From an uncultured Gammaproteobacteria bacterium (GTDB lineage: Bacteria; Pseudomonadota; Gammaproteobacteria; CAWUKA01), in the NCBI GenBank assembly GCA_963922965.1, contig CAWUKA010000002.1, forward strand, positions 1-54,925: a stretch of 54,925 nucleotides of DNA, read 5' to 3'. Positions within the stretch are counted from its first letter, which is position 1. Each line of letters starts with the position of its first letter. Positions 8,953-18,374 of this stretch are shown piece by piece. Made by a program: the position numbers and the translations under genes. The notes below the pieces were generated by a model. It made no database searches, had not been told where the DNA came from, and saw only the letters and a list, made by a program, of their open reading frames with translations.

Positions 8953-9697
8953 AGCCACACTTAGTGTATTAGTCATTGCCTGTAATGAGGCACACACGAT
9001 CCGTGCATGTCTAGACTCGGTCAGTTGGACCGATGAAATTATTGTGCTTGACTCTGGCAGCCATGATAACACTGTAGCGATTTGTCGTGAATACACTGAT
9101 CAGGTTATTGAAACTGATTGGCCCGGATTTGGCGTGCAACGTAATCGCGCAATCGAGCACGCTACATCAACCTGGGTTTTGATGATTGATGCTGATGAGC
9201 GTATCAGCATCGAACTCGCTGAGGAAATTCAGCAAGAGCTGTTGGATTCAAACTACACTGCTTATGATATTCCTTTTCAATCGTTCTACCTTGGCAAATC
9301 AATTTTATATGGCGACTGGGCTGGCGAATCACACACACGTTTGTTTCGACGTGGCGCTGGTCATTACACACCAGCACCAGTACATGAAAAATTGATTGTT
9401 GATGGCAGTGTGAAAAAGCTTCGCTTTCCAATTCTGCATGACTCCTATCAAGACCTTGAAGAAGTAATATTTAAAATAAATTTATATTCTACCAGAGGTG
9501 CTGAATCGCGCTTTAAACAAGGCAAAAAGACTTCTTTGTTTAGCGCACTTGGTCACGCGCTTTGGACTTTTACCCGCGGCTATATTTTTAAACTTGGCTT
9601 TCTTGATGGTAGAGCCGGCTTCTTGCTGGCGCTATCCAACACTTCTGGCACTTTCAATCGCTACGTTAAATTATTACTGCTACAAGAACGAGAGTGA
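8945..9697 (+). CDS. Family 2 glycosyltransferase (WaaE/KdtX-like LPS core glycosyltransferase); start trimmed to the ATG at 8945
   Basis: The sequence LSVLVIACNEAHTIRACLDSV..EIIVLDSGSHDNT..IDADERI is a GT2 signature. The track ORF start at 8858 lies inside lpxL. The ATG at 8945 overlaps the lpxL stop by 8 nt. Confidence 0.85.
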   Translation: MNRATLSVLVIACNEAHTIRACLDSVSWTDEIIVLDSGSHDNTVAICREYTDQVIETDWPGFGVQRNRAIEHATSTWVLMIDADERISIELAEEIQQELLDSNYTAYDIPFQSFYLGKSILYGDWAGESHTRLFRRGAGHYTPAPVHEKLIVDGSVKKLRFPILHDSYQDLEEVIFKINLYSTRGAESRFKQGKKTSLFSALGHALWTFTRGYIFKLGFLDGRAGFLLALSNTSGTFNRYVKLLLLQERE

Positions 9698-10437
9698 TGT
9701 TGATGATTCTAACATTGATGTATCATAGAGTATCGAAAACTGGCATCGACAATGATGTCGAACTATTCGAACGTCACATTGAAACAATCGCTAATCAATT
9801 CACCAATGTCATACCTGGCGAAACATCAATAGGTCAACAATCAGTATGCCTGACATTTGATGACGCTTACTATGATTTTTATCACTATGTGTACCCGCTA
9901 CTAAAAAAATTTGATTTAAAAGCACTATTAGCTATCCCAACCCAATATATTTTAACTAGCACCTCGGTTGATCCAACTACTCGCCTTAGCGTACCAATCA
10001 ACCAAGCAATGAATGCAGATTATTACCGTCAACAAGCACCATTTTGCAGCTGGGAAGAAATAATCGAGATGACAGCAAGTAAGCATGTAATTCCAGCATC
10101 GCATAGTCATAGCCATGCTGACCTATCACAGCAGTTTGATTACGCTACCGAAATCACCCAAGCCAACAATCTCATCCAGTACCACACTGGACTAAAGCCA
10201 ACAACTTTTATCTATCCGTATGGCAATATGAATAAAGCTTCGCAGGAGCGCTTAACGCAAGATTATGATTACATTATGCGTATCGGTTCAGCACTGAACT
10301 ACGGCTGGCAGCAAAAAAACAACCTGATTTACCGGGTCGATGCTGATCGCTATTGGCACCAGGGTAAAAACTGGGGCTTACCTGATCAGCTAAAACAGAG
10401 TTTAAAATATTTCACCAATCAGTGGCGTGGCAAATAG
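9694..10437 (+). CDS. Polysaccharide deacetylase (NodB-homology) family protein
   Basis: LMYHRV and LTFDDAYYDFYHYVYPLLKK are typical of the family, and there is an HSHSH motif. It overlaps the upstream GT2 gene by 4 nt. Confidence 0.85.
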   Translation: MMLMILTLMYHRVSKTGIDNDVELFERHIETIANQFTNVIPGETSIGQQSVCLTFDDAYYDFYHYVYPLLKKFDLKALLAIPTQYILTSTSVDPTTRLSVPINQAMNADYYRQQAPFCSWEEIIEMTASKHVIPASHSHSHADLSQQFDYATEITQANNLIQYHTGLKPTTFIYPYGNMNKASQERLTQDYDYIMRIGSALNYGWQQKNNLIYRVDADRYWHQGKNWGLPDQLKQSLKYFTNQWRGK

Positions 10438-10955
10438 ATGAGAATAACAACTGCCATCAAGTTAGCGATATTATCCACTAATTTATTTTCACTCATTAAC
10501 TTACTGCGAGCCACATCAGTCCTGAAGTAGCTCAGCTGTGTGCAGACAACACTGTTCCATATCTTGTGCATGAACTATCATTTTATTTAATTACAGTGAT
10601 TGGGTGGGAGGAGTGTGGTAGTGATTACCTTTGCTGGATTGCCGCGCTCGTTTCACTCGCTCGTGATAGGCTGAGATATATGAATTTTGTTTGCATCATC
10701 ATTTCAAATAACGGTGGTGTTCGAATCTAAGATCAGTGCTTGCTAGTGGTTTGCGTTGCTAAAAGGCATTATCCGATTGATAACCTCGATATCGATAACC
10801 GCGCTCGAGAGCTTATTACTAATATCGGGTTATTTTCCGGCAAACAATACGAGGATGCAAGGTATCGACAACATCATCAAGATCGGTATTGCCTTTGCAC
10901 TCTGCCGGTAAGCAGATTAAGGTGATACGTGAACAAACCTTAGTAGAACAAAATG

Positions 10956-12944
10956 CTAGAATGCAGCTTCAGCTTGGGTAGTGGTCGCTAACAACGGATG
11001 CACATCATTGGTTGGATACATCAATAAGCGTGCAATACTATCGATCAGTACTGTTTCAGAAAATGGCTTTTGAATAAAATCAACGTTACCCATTCGCTTA
11101 AAACCAACAATCTGATTACTTTCAGCATAACCACTGACAAAGACCACAGGCATCTCAGCCTTGATAGCTCGAATCTGTCTAAAAACTTCATCACCAGCAA
11201 AAACTGGCATAATCATGTCAAGAACAACTAGATCAATCTCAGCATGATGTTGCTGGAATAACTTAATAGCTTGCTGACCATCTTGTGCGAAATAAACTTT
11301 TTCACACTTAGCAGACAAAATATCAGCCATTAGTTCACGAATGAAACGTTCATCATCAACAACCAGCACCGTAGCATCTTTCAACACATTATGATCCAGC
11401 TCATCTTCACTAATGGGCTGATGCAAACCATTCGACGAAGCTTCGTCCCAAGCCGCTGCAACAGCAGGAAAGTAAACGCTAATACAAGTGCCTTGATTCG
11501 GGGTTGATTCAACATCAATAAAACTTTTATGCGCTTGTACAATACCGTAAACTACGGATAGACCTAAACCACTACCTTCGCCTAGCTGTTTGGTTGTGAA
11601 AAATGGATCAAATATTTTCGCCCGGACTTCACTCGACATACCACAACCTGAATCATCCAAACTGAGACGAACATAATTGCCTGGCTCTAAATGATTACTA
11701 GTCGCCCAAAATTTTTCGTTTAAAATGATATTTTCAGTACGAATAGTAATTTCACCACGTTGCTCAATAGCATCACGAGCATTGATGGCAAGGTTCATAA
11801 TGATTTGGATAATTTGCGCTGGATCACATTCGACCGGCCATAAGTCTGCTGCCAGCTCTCGCTTAAATACAATCGAGCTATCTACGGAATGATAAAGCAA
11901 ATGGTAAGCTTCGGTGGCCAGATCATTCAAATTACAGTGCTTCATTTGATACTGGCCTTGGCGAGCAAAACCAAGCAACTGGCGCGTTAACTGCGCGCCA
12001 CGTTCCGCAGACTTCTCGATGATCTCCATCTTTCTTACCATTTGTGGATCAGCAGACAGCTTAGTCTTAAGCAGGGTAGCATAACCGAGAATGCTACCTA
12101 ATAGATTATTAAAGTCGTGGGCGATACCACCAGCCAACTTACCAATAGACTCAAGTTTCTGCGCCTGCAATAGACTCTCCTGCGTTAACTTCAGCTCATC
12201 GATAGTTTTTTCTAGCTGCTTGTTAGACTGCTCTAGCTCACGAGTACGTTCACGGACTTTATATTCAAGCTCGATGTTAATCTGCTTCATGACCTGGAGA
12301 TAAAGCACATTTTCCGCTGCTCTCTCGACGTGGCGACAAAATAGATTAACAAACGCCAGATCAGCTGCTTCAGGCATTAAAGTGTGATAGGAACCTGCTT
12401 TAACTAGTGGGAAGCTAAAAATCAATAAACATGACAGGTCGTGTTGTTGATAGGCCGCTGGCATAAATAATAATTTCTCATGATCGCAAAAATCAACTTC
12501 GGTCTGGAAAACCTGCTGGAAACAATATTGAGCAAATAAAGCTTTTTCTGACTTTAGAGCTTCACTATTGTTGGAGAACTCCACGAGCTCGAGTGCGTCT
12601 TTAAAGTAACTATCCATAAAGCGATCGATGGTAAAGGAAATGTATTCAGCCTGCTCCTCACCTGGCTGTAGGCGAGTTCGCGCCAATACAACATTATTTC
12701 GGCCATCGAACACTAAGCCAATGGCGTATTTTACTGGAAAGACACGAATAAAAAATTCAGTAGCCAAGCAAAGTACTTCGTCGATATTAGATGCATTTAA
12801 TAACTGCAAACTAAAACTGTTTAATAAATCGATGCGGCCAACATGCAAATCTAACAGTGCGCGAGTCTTCTCTAACTCATCTTCTGAATAGCGTATATGC
12901 GCATGTTGATATTCTCGTTGCAACAATCGACTCTTATCACTCAT
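10956..12944 (-). CDS. Cytoplasmic hybrid sensor histidine kinase (GAF-like N-domain, coiled coil, HisKA, HATPase_c, C-terminal receiver)
   Basis: The 662-aa ORF has an H-box (GGIAHDFNNLLGSILGY), N/G boxes (NLAINARDA, DSGCGM, GSGLGLS) and a receiver domain (VLVVDDERF..VVLDMIMP). No TM segments are evident. It starts 15 nt after the upstream GT2 stop. Confidence 0.9.
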   Translation of the reverse strand: MSDKSRLLQREYQHAHIRYSEDELEKTRALLDLHVGRIDLLNSFSLQLLNASNIDEVLCLATEFFIRVFPVKYAIGLVFDGRNNVVLARTRLQPGEEQAEYISFTIDRFMDSYFKDALELVEFSNNSEALKSEKALFAQYCFQQVFQTEVDFCDHEKLLFMPAAYQQHDLSCLLIFSFPLVKAGSYHTLMPEAADLAFVNLFCRHVERAAENVLYLQVMKQINIELEYKVRERTRELEQSNKQLEKTIDELKLTQESLLQAQKLESIGKLAGGIAHDFNNLLGSILGYATLLKTKLSADPQMVRKMEIIEKSAERGAQLTRQLLGFARQGQYQMKHCNLNDLATEAYHLLYHSVDSSIVFKRELAADLWPVECDPAQIIQIIMNLAINARDAIEQRGEITIRTENIILNEKFWATSNHLEPGNYVRLSLDDSGCGMSSEVRAKIFDPFFTTKQLGEGSGLGLSVVYGIVQAHKSFIDVESTPNQGTCISVYFPAVAAAWDEASSNGLHQPISEDELDHNVLKDATVLVVDDERFIRELMADILSAKCEKVYFAQDGQQAIKLFQQHHAEIDLVVLDMIMPVFAGDEVFRQIRAIKAEMPVVFVSGYAESNQIVGFKRMGNVDFIQKPFSETVLIDSIARLLMYPTNDVHPLLATTTQAEAAF

Positions 12945-12959
12945 CAGGAATACTCTTCA

Positions 12960-13766
12960 CTAAAGATACTGTGCCAAACCAAGTTTGGCATAAACTTGAT
13001 TATTACTCTGTACAGACTCAAGCTTTAGCTTGTTTTCAACAAGCTGACTACGATCATTTTCCTTATGCCAAAGATGAAACACAGGCACAACAAAGCGCCC
13101 GCTCTTCCTTTTCACACCATATCGAATGAGACGAATCACCAAGTCTGAGTCCTCAAAACCCCACCCGGTATATTGCTCATCAAAGCCATTAACTGCACTA
13201 AAATCAGCTTTCCATACTGCCAAATTACATGTCTTAACGCCATGCCAGCGTTGCGTGAACAGTTTTCTCAACAATGGCAATGAAGATGGCAACTGCACAA
13301 GCAATTTATTACTAGCACCAACAAAACCTAAGCCAAACCATTGCCAAAAACCATAGCAATGAATTGACAAGCTAGCTTGCAACACGCGCGAGGTAAAGGC
13401 TTGCGATAACAAGACACGGTGACCAGCAACAAAATAGCCTGGCTCGGCTAAATTTAAATGGTTAATAACAAAATTTATCGCCGGCACGCTATCGCCATCT
13501 AAGAAAATTAGATAATCAGCTTCTGCTGCAAGCACTGCTTTATTGCGAATAGATGCTGCACGAAAGCCTTTATCCTGGTGCCAAACATGTTTAATAGATA
13601 ATTGTTGCTTCGCCTTATCAATTACCGCCACTGTGTCTGGACCTGAGCCATCGTCAGCAATAATTACTTCAAAGTCAGAAGTACTCTGTTCAGCAAGCGC
13701 AGTTAGCACGCTGCTCAAGGCATCTACTCGATTATAGGTTGTTACAATCACACTACACTTTTTCAT
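12960..13766 (-). CDS. Family 2 glycosyltransferase (start trimmed to the ATG at 13766)
   Basis: The sequence MKKCSVIVTTYNRVDAL..VIIADDGSG..DGDS..GFDEQYTGWGFEDSDL is a GT2 plus Glyco_transf_7C-like signature. The longer track ORF start lies inside the ligase gene. Confidence 0.85.
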   Translation of the reverse strand: MKKCSVIVTTYNRVDALSSVLTALAEQSTSDFEVIIADDGSGPDTVAVIDKAKQQLSIKHVWHQDKGFRAASIRNKAVLAAEADYLIFLDGDSVPAINFVINHLNLAEPGYFVAGHRVLLSQAFTSRVLQASLSIHCYGFWQWFGLGFVGASNKLLVQLPSSLPLLRKLFTQRWHGVKTCNLAVWKADFSAVNGFDEQYTGWGFEDSDLVIRLIRYGVKRKSGRFVVPVFHLWHKENDRSQLVENKLKLESVQSNNQVYAKLGLAQYL

Positions 13767-14997
13767 GCGACACCTTAAATAACAGCGGAGAAAAACACAG
13801 CGCCGAAAACAACGCAAAAAAATTACCTTGCGTACTATCAAATATCCAGGAATTAAATAGGCTACCAACAGCAATCGTTACGATCACACCTTGTGCCATA
13901 TAACGCCAGCCTGGGCTGATATAAGCACTAAACCACCACTGCATAGAAAACAAACTGATTAAACCAGCAATCCCAAGCAAACCAAGATGTACGCCAAATA
14001 AAAGATATTCGTTATGTGGGTTTTCAGTCAGCAAACTTGGCATCGGTTTGATGCGGGCATATAAAATCGGATAACTACCAACCCCAGATCCAACCAGGGT
14101 GTTTTGTTCAATCATTGAAATAGTATTTTTATAAAACTCTAAACGCTGGCCAACAGGCGTCGATACTTCTCCAGGTTGGTAACGCACTACATCATCAAAC
14201 GCCTCAGTGACACGAAAACGAAAATTTTCCGACGCAAAGTAAGCAATAGAGCTCAGCAGCAATAATAATAATAAGCTATTTAGCAAGCCTTTCAAACCGC
14301 CGCGCTGCCAACAGAATAAAGCGGTTAACGCAGCAAATACCACATAGCCTGTTCGGCCAGGACTAATGAACAAAATATAGATGACAAAAGGCAGTAATAC
14401 GATCGGCGTGACTAGCCGCAATTGGCGTTTTTGCCACATCATATGTGCAAGAAAGAAAGTAGCAATAGTCATAATGAAGCTTGTCTGCAAATAGTTTTTA
14501 AAAACAGCAGACTCGTGAAAATCCATGCCACCCCAATCAATAACACCAAACACTTTTAAATAAATAAAGAATAAATGAATCGAACTTGAAGCAACAAACG
14601 CTTGCAAAGCGAGGGTGCGATATTGCTCGTAGCAAAACACCGGCATCAGTAGCGAAACCATCACTAAATTGTCATACTTTCCAAGCACCCGGCAGGATTG
14701 CTCTAAGCTTGCCTCTGAATAAAACGAGCTTAACATCAATAATAAAAACAGCCCTAGTGCGAAGGTGGCGACTGGATTATACGTCACAAGTTTAAGTTGC
14801 TGACGCAGCTCTGAGCTAAGCATTATAAGTAAAACCGTTAGATACAAGAAGGTATTCATGGCAAAGGTGGACAGCGGCAAGGCAAAAGCAGTCAGCACCA
14901 CACTGATACCGGCAAAATGCACTAAGTGAGCTGAATCTTGCGTTTGCTTGACTAGACCAAACTGTGCACTTACCACATTAGTTACTTGACTCAACAT
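13753..14997 (-). CDS. O-antigen ligase (WaaL/Wzy_C) family polytopic membrane protein
   Basis: The 414-aa ORF has about 10-12 hydrophobic segments and the family-typical NPHNEYLLFGVHLGLLG motif in a late periplasmic loop. It sits within the waa gene string. Confidence 0.8.
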   Translation of the reverse strand: MLSQVTNVVSAQFGLVKQTQDSAHLVHFAGISVVLTAFALPLSTFAMNTFLYLTVLLIMLSSELRQQLKLVTYNPVATFALGLFLLLMLSSFYSEASLEQSCRVLGKYDNLVMVSLLMPVFCYEQYRTLALQAFVASSSIHLFFIYLKVFGVIDWGGMDFHESAVFKNYLQTSFIMTIATFFLAHMMWQKRQLRLVTPIVLLPFVIYILFISPGRTGYVVFAALTALFCWQRGGLKGLLNSLLLLLLLSSIAYFASENFRFRVTEAFDDVVRYQPGEVSTPVGQRLEFYKNTISMIEQNTLVGSGVGSYPILYARIKPMPSLLTENPHNEYLLFGVHLGLLGIAGLISLFSMQWWFSAYISPGWRYMAQGVIVTIAVGSLFNSWIFDSTQGNFFALFSALCFSPLLFKVSHEKV

Positions 14998-16087
14998 CTA
15001 CCATTACCTTTTCTTTACTATCACAGAGTGCTACTTCACTGACTCCTGGAGCTATCATCAAACTCGCGACAGTAGCCCAAACTTTATCTGCTGATACCGT
15101 GTTAAAGCAAGCTGGTTTCACCTGCGCTACCCCCTGATAACGACACTCGCGCTGCAAACAAGGTGCACAGGCAAAGTCAGCTGCAAGATGTGCCTGGTTG
15201 ACACCAACTGCACCAGTCAAAATTGGGTTGGTTGGCCCGTATAACGATACTGTCGGTACCGCAAGCGCAGCAGCTAGGTGGCCTAAACCAGTATCAACGG
15301 CAACACAAGCTTTTGCCCCTGACAGGGTAGCAGCAACCTCAGCGAGTGATAGCCGCGGCAACACATTGACATTGCGGCAAACCCTAGCAATTGCTTTAGC
15401 ACGCTGGTATTCGTTTATATTACCCCAGGGCAAATAGACTTTAAATCCTCTGTCAACCACAATCCGAGCTAATCGTTGCCAGTGGGAAACCGGCCAATGC
15501 TTGGTCGGCCAGGTTGTTCCGTGCAAGAAAACCAAGTAAGCCTGATCAGCAAATGCCGACTGCGGTAAACGATCGCGGGCAACACCATAATGCGGTAATC
15601 CGGTTGGTACCTGGTAACCTAAACTGCAGGCAAATAATTGACGTAAGCGTTGAACCGCATGAATATGCCGCGGCACATTGTGGCGGTAGTGATAAAATCT
15701 GCTTGCCCATGACTCACGCGCTGAATCAGCATCAAAGCCGTGACGCAAGCCACGTGCAAATCGACTCAGCAATGCACTTTTTACCAAACCTTGCGCATCG
15801 ATGATGAGATCATATTCACGCTGCCCAAGCTTATTTATAAATTTACGCCAAACGCCGTTGCGGACAGTCGCTATGATTTGCTGGCGCCAGCGCCTCACCT
15901 CACAGGTAATAATGGATTCAACGGCTGTATGCCAAGCAGGTATTTCAGCAAACGGCTTCTCAATCAACCAGTCAAAGTGGACACCAGGAACCATTTGTAC
16001 AGCGTCGGTCACGGCAGGTAAAGTGTGGATCACATCGCCCATTGAGCTCGTCTTAACAATTAAAACACGCTTCACCGTCAACCCCAT
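14978..16087 (-). CDS. waaC: LPS heptosyltransferase I
   Basis: The N-terminus VLIVKTSSMGDVIHTLPA and the later DTGLGHLAAAL motif are GT9 signatures. Its position downstream of waaF matches the Pseudomonas waaF-waaC order. Confidence 0.85.
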   Translation of the reverse strand: MGLTVKRVLIVKTSSMGDVIHTLPAVTDAVQMVPGVHFDWLIEKPFAEIPAWHTAVESIITCEVRRWRQQIIATVRNGVWRKFINKLGQREYDLIIDAQGLVKSALLSRFARGLRHGFDADSARESWASRFYHYRHNVPRHIHAVQRLRQLFACSLGYQVPTGLPHYGVARDRLPQSAFADQAYLVFLHGTTWPTKHWPVSHWQRLARIVVDRGFKVYLPWGNINEYQRAKAIARVCRNVNVLPRLSLAEVAATLSGAKACVAVDTGLGHLAAALAVPTVSLYGPTNPILTGAVGVNQAHLAADFACAPCLQRECRYQGVAQVKPACFNTVSADKVWATVASLMIAPGVSEVALCDSKEKVMVDVESSN

Positions 16088-17097
16088 TCGGCTAAAGCCG
16101 ATAGCACCTGCGGTGGTCTCAAATCATACAAGCAGCGCTGATGCGCTAGCGGACAATGACGTTTAAAACATGGGCTACAAGCGATATCAACCTGCTGAAT
16201 GCTAACCCTGTCCGCTAACGGCGGTGTAAATTGTGGGCTGGATGAACCATATACAGCGACGATGGGACGATTGAGGGCAGCGGCAATATGCATGAGTCCG
16301 GAATCATTGCAAACGACAGCTTTGGCTAAAGATAATAAATCAATTGCTTGCCCGAGTGAGGTCCGGCCAGTTAAGTTATGACAGATGTGACCAGCATGCT
16401 GCTGTATCTTGCCTGCAATTACAGTATCCTTCGGCCCGCCGAAGATCCAAACTTGCCAACCCTGATCAACTTGAGTCCGAGCAATCTCAGCGAAATAACG
16501 TGCTGGCCAGCGCTTAGCCGGACCATATTCAGCACCAGGACACAAAGCCAAAATAGGTTGCTCATCGGTTAACCCAAGCCCAACCATTGCCGTTTGTCGA
16601 TCCTGCGGTACAACGATCAAATTAGGCCTTACCTGTTCAGTCGGTAGCGGTGCTCCTTTAGGTAAACCTAGTGCCATAAAGCGATCAATCATGCGCGGGT
16701 ACCGCGCCTTAACTAAGATCCTGAGATCGTTGATGAAGTGATAACGCATTTCACCCCGCCAGCCAGTCCTGACTGGAATATTTGCCCAATAGGGAACCAA
16801 AGCTGATTTAAACGAGTTCGGTAATACGATGGCTTGCTGATACTGCTCAGCCCGCAAGGCCCGCGCCTGGTGATAGCGCTGGCGCAACTTGAGCTCACCG
16901 TGGCCAACCTCCAAAGTAATCGCCTGCCGTACCTCAGGCATTCGTACTAATAGCGGCATAGTCCAGGCTGGCGCTAATACATCAACAAGCACTGTTGGAT
17001 CATGCCGCTGTAGCAAACTAAATAATGCTTGCGCCATAACCATATCGCCAATCCAGGCCGGACCAACGACCAATGTTTTATGTACAGAATTTTTCAC
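16078..17097 (-). CDS. waaF: LPS heptosyltransferase II
   Basis: The N-terminus LVVGPAWIGDMVMAQALF and the later NDSGLMHIAAAL motif are GT9 signatures, at 339 aa. Confidence 0.9.
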   Translation of the reverse strand: MKNSVHKTLVVGPAWIGDMVMAQALFSLLQRHDPTVLVDVLAPAWTMPLLVRMPEVRQAITLEVGHGELKLRQRYHQARALRAEQYQQAIVLPNSFKSALVPYWANIPVRTGWRGEMRYHFINDLRILVKARYPRMIDRFMALGLPKGAPLPTEQVRPNLIVVPQDRQTAMVGLGLTDEQPILALCPGAEYGPAKRWPARYFAEIARTQVDQGWQVWIFGGPKDTVIAGKIQQHAGHICHNLTGRTSLGQAIDLLSLAKAVVCNDSGLMHIAAALNRPIVAVYGSSSPQFTPPLADRVSIQQVDIACSPCFKRHCPLAHQRCLYDLRPPQVLSALAEWG

Positions 17098-17100
17098 GGC

Positions 17101-17313
17101 CTACTTAGATGTTGAAGGATTACGACTAATCAAGGTGTATTCTGCGCCACAGTACGGACAGACGCATTTGCTGGTTTTTTCTATCGGAAGATAAACACGA
17201 GGATGCGAATCCCACAGCCGCATACTAGGCATCGGACAGCTCAGTGGTAAATCATCAGCCGTCACTGTGTATTTTTTTACCTGACTAGCAGGTAACGTTG
17301 ATTCAGCTGACAT
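17101..17313 (-). CDS. Small zinc-finger (zf-CHCC type) protein
   Basis: The 70-aa ORF has C..HPRVYL..CPYCGAEY spacing typical of the zf-CHCC family. It ends 3 nt before the waaF start. Confidence 0.8.
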   Translation of the reverse strand: MSAESTLPASQVKKYTVTADDLPLSCPMPSMRLWDSHPRVYLPIEKTSKCVCPYCGAEYTLISRNPSTSK

Positions 17314-17411
17314 GGTCGCGTTCTCCTGTGATACTACGGATTAACTAATAAGCAACAATTATGCTAAAATCCAATCTTAAAATCTACTACAGCTAAACTG
17401 GCACACAGTGC

Positions 17412-18335
17412 TCAGACAAATGTTAACCACTCTGGATGTTCAGAACGTCGCCCCATCACCTGGTCAAAATAGACTTGTTGCAACGCCTTAGTGATTGCAC
17501 CTGGCTGACCATCTGCAATCGGCCGGCCATCAATTTCGCGCACAGATGTCAGCTCGACAGCGGTGCCAGTAAAAAAAACTTCGTCGGCAATATATAACTC
17601 ATCGCGGGTGATTGGCTTAGCCAGCACTGTCAAACCAAGTTCTTCCTCGGCAAGCTGTATCACTGCTGCCTTAGTTAAGCCCTCCAATACTGATGCAGCA
17701 GTCGGGGTATAAAGCTGACCGTCACGGACAATAAAAATATTTTCACCACTACCTTCCGCAACAAAACCATTGGTATCAAGCAGGATAGCTTCATCCATAC
17801 CCAAACGCTCGGCCTCACCGCGCGCTAACACAGAGTTAACATAGTTACCACCAACTTTAGCTTTACACATCATGCTATTAATATGATGACGAGTAAAAGA
17901 AGATACCATGACCCGCACACCTTGCTGGAGCGCATCAGCACCGAGATAAGCACCCCAAGACCAAGCTGCTATCATGACATGAGTTTGTAAATTTTTTGTC
18001 GTCAAACCAAGGCCTTCAGCACCCAAATAAGCAAGTGGACGAATATATGCTGAATCAAGCGCGTTAATACGAATCAACTCTTGCTGCACTTCGTTAAGCT
18101 CAGCCACTGAAAAGGGAATATCTAGGCCAATAATTTTTGCCGATTGAAACAACCGCTCGGTATGATCCTTGAGACGAAAAATTGCGGGACCTCTATCAGT
18201 GGCATAACAACGTACGCCTTCAAAAACACCGGTGCCATAATGTAATGCGTGGGTTAACACATGAACTTTGGCATCGCGCCAATCGACAAAGGTGCCATCC
18301 ATCCAAATCTTTCCTTTCATATCAGTTAATGACAT
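17412..18335 (-). CDS. ilvE: Branched-chain amino acid aminotransferase (start trimmed to the ATG at 18335, preceded by AGGAG)
   Basis: It is collinear with class IV aminotransferase IlvE along its full length (IWMDGTFVDWRDAKVHVLTHALHYGTGVFEG, KAKVGGNY..). Synteny with waaF matches Pseudomonas. Confidence 0.93.
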   Translation of the reverse strand: MSLTDMKGKIWMDGTFVDWRDAKVHVLTHALHYGTGVFEGVRCYATDRGPAIFRLKDHTERLFQSAKIIGLDIPFSVAELNEVQQELIRINALDSAYIRPLAYLGAEGLGLTTKNLQTHVMIAAWSWGAYLGADALQQGVRVMVSSFTRHHINSMMCKAKVGGNYVNSVLARGEAERLGMDEAILLDTNGFVAEGSGENIFIVRDGQLYTPTAASVLEGLTKAAVIQLAEEELGLTVLAKPITRDELYIADEVFFTGTAVELTSVREIDGRPIADGQPGAITKALQQVYFDQVMGRRSEHPEWLTFV

Positions 18336-18374
18336 CAGCTTACTCCTTGACTTTTGTTTTGAAAGCCTACTCAA

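Noticed and set aside
10716-10727. A tRNA T-arm-like GGTGTTCGAATC, which raised the possibility of a tRNA gene or att site.
   Set aside because: No complementary T-stem, acceptor stem, anticodon arm or CCA context could be folded around it. Alone it is too short to call a tRNA or a tRNA fragment.
10740-10925. A 61-aa ORF in the LPS-cluster gap.
   Set aside because: It has no RBS and no recognisable motif, the composition looks non-coding, and it is just above the ORF length cutoff.
15198-16166. A cluster of plus-strand ORFs of 79-121 aa (15198.., 15514.., 15740.., 15801..).
   Set aside because: They are antisense to waaC/waaF, which have strong GT9 motifs. The translations are Ala/Arg/Thr/Ser-rich in the way typical of antisense frames.
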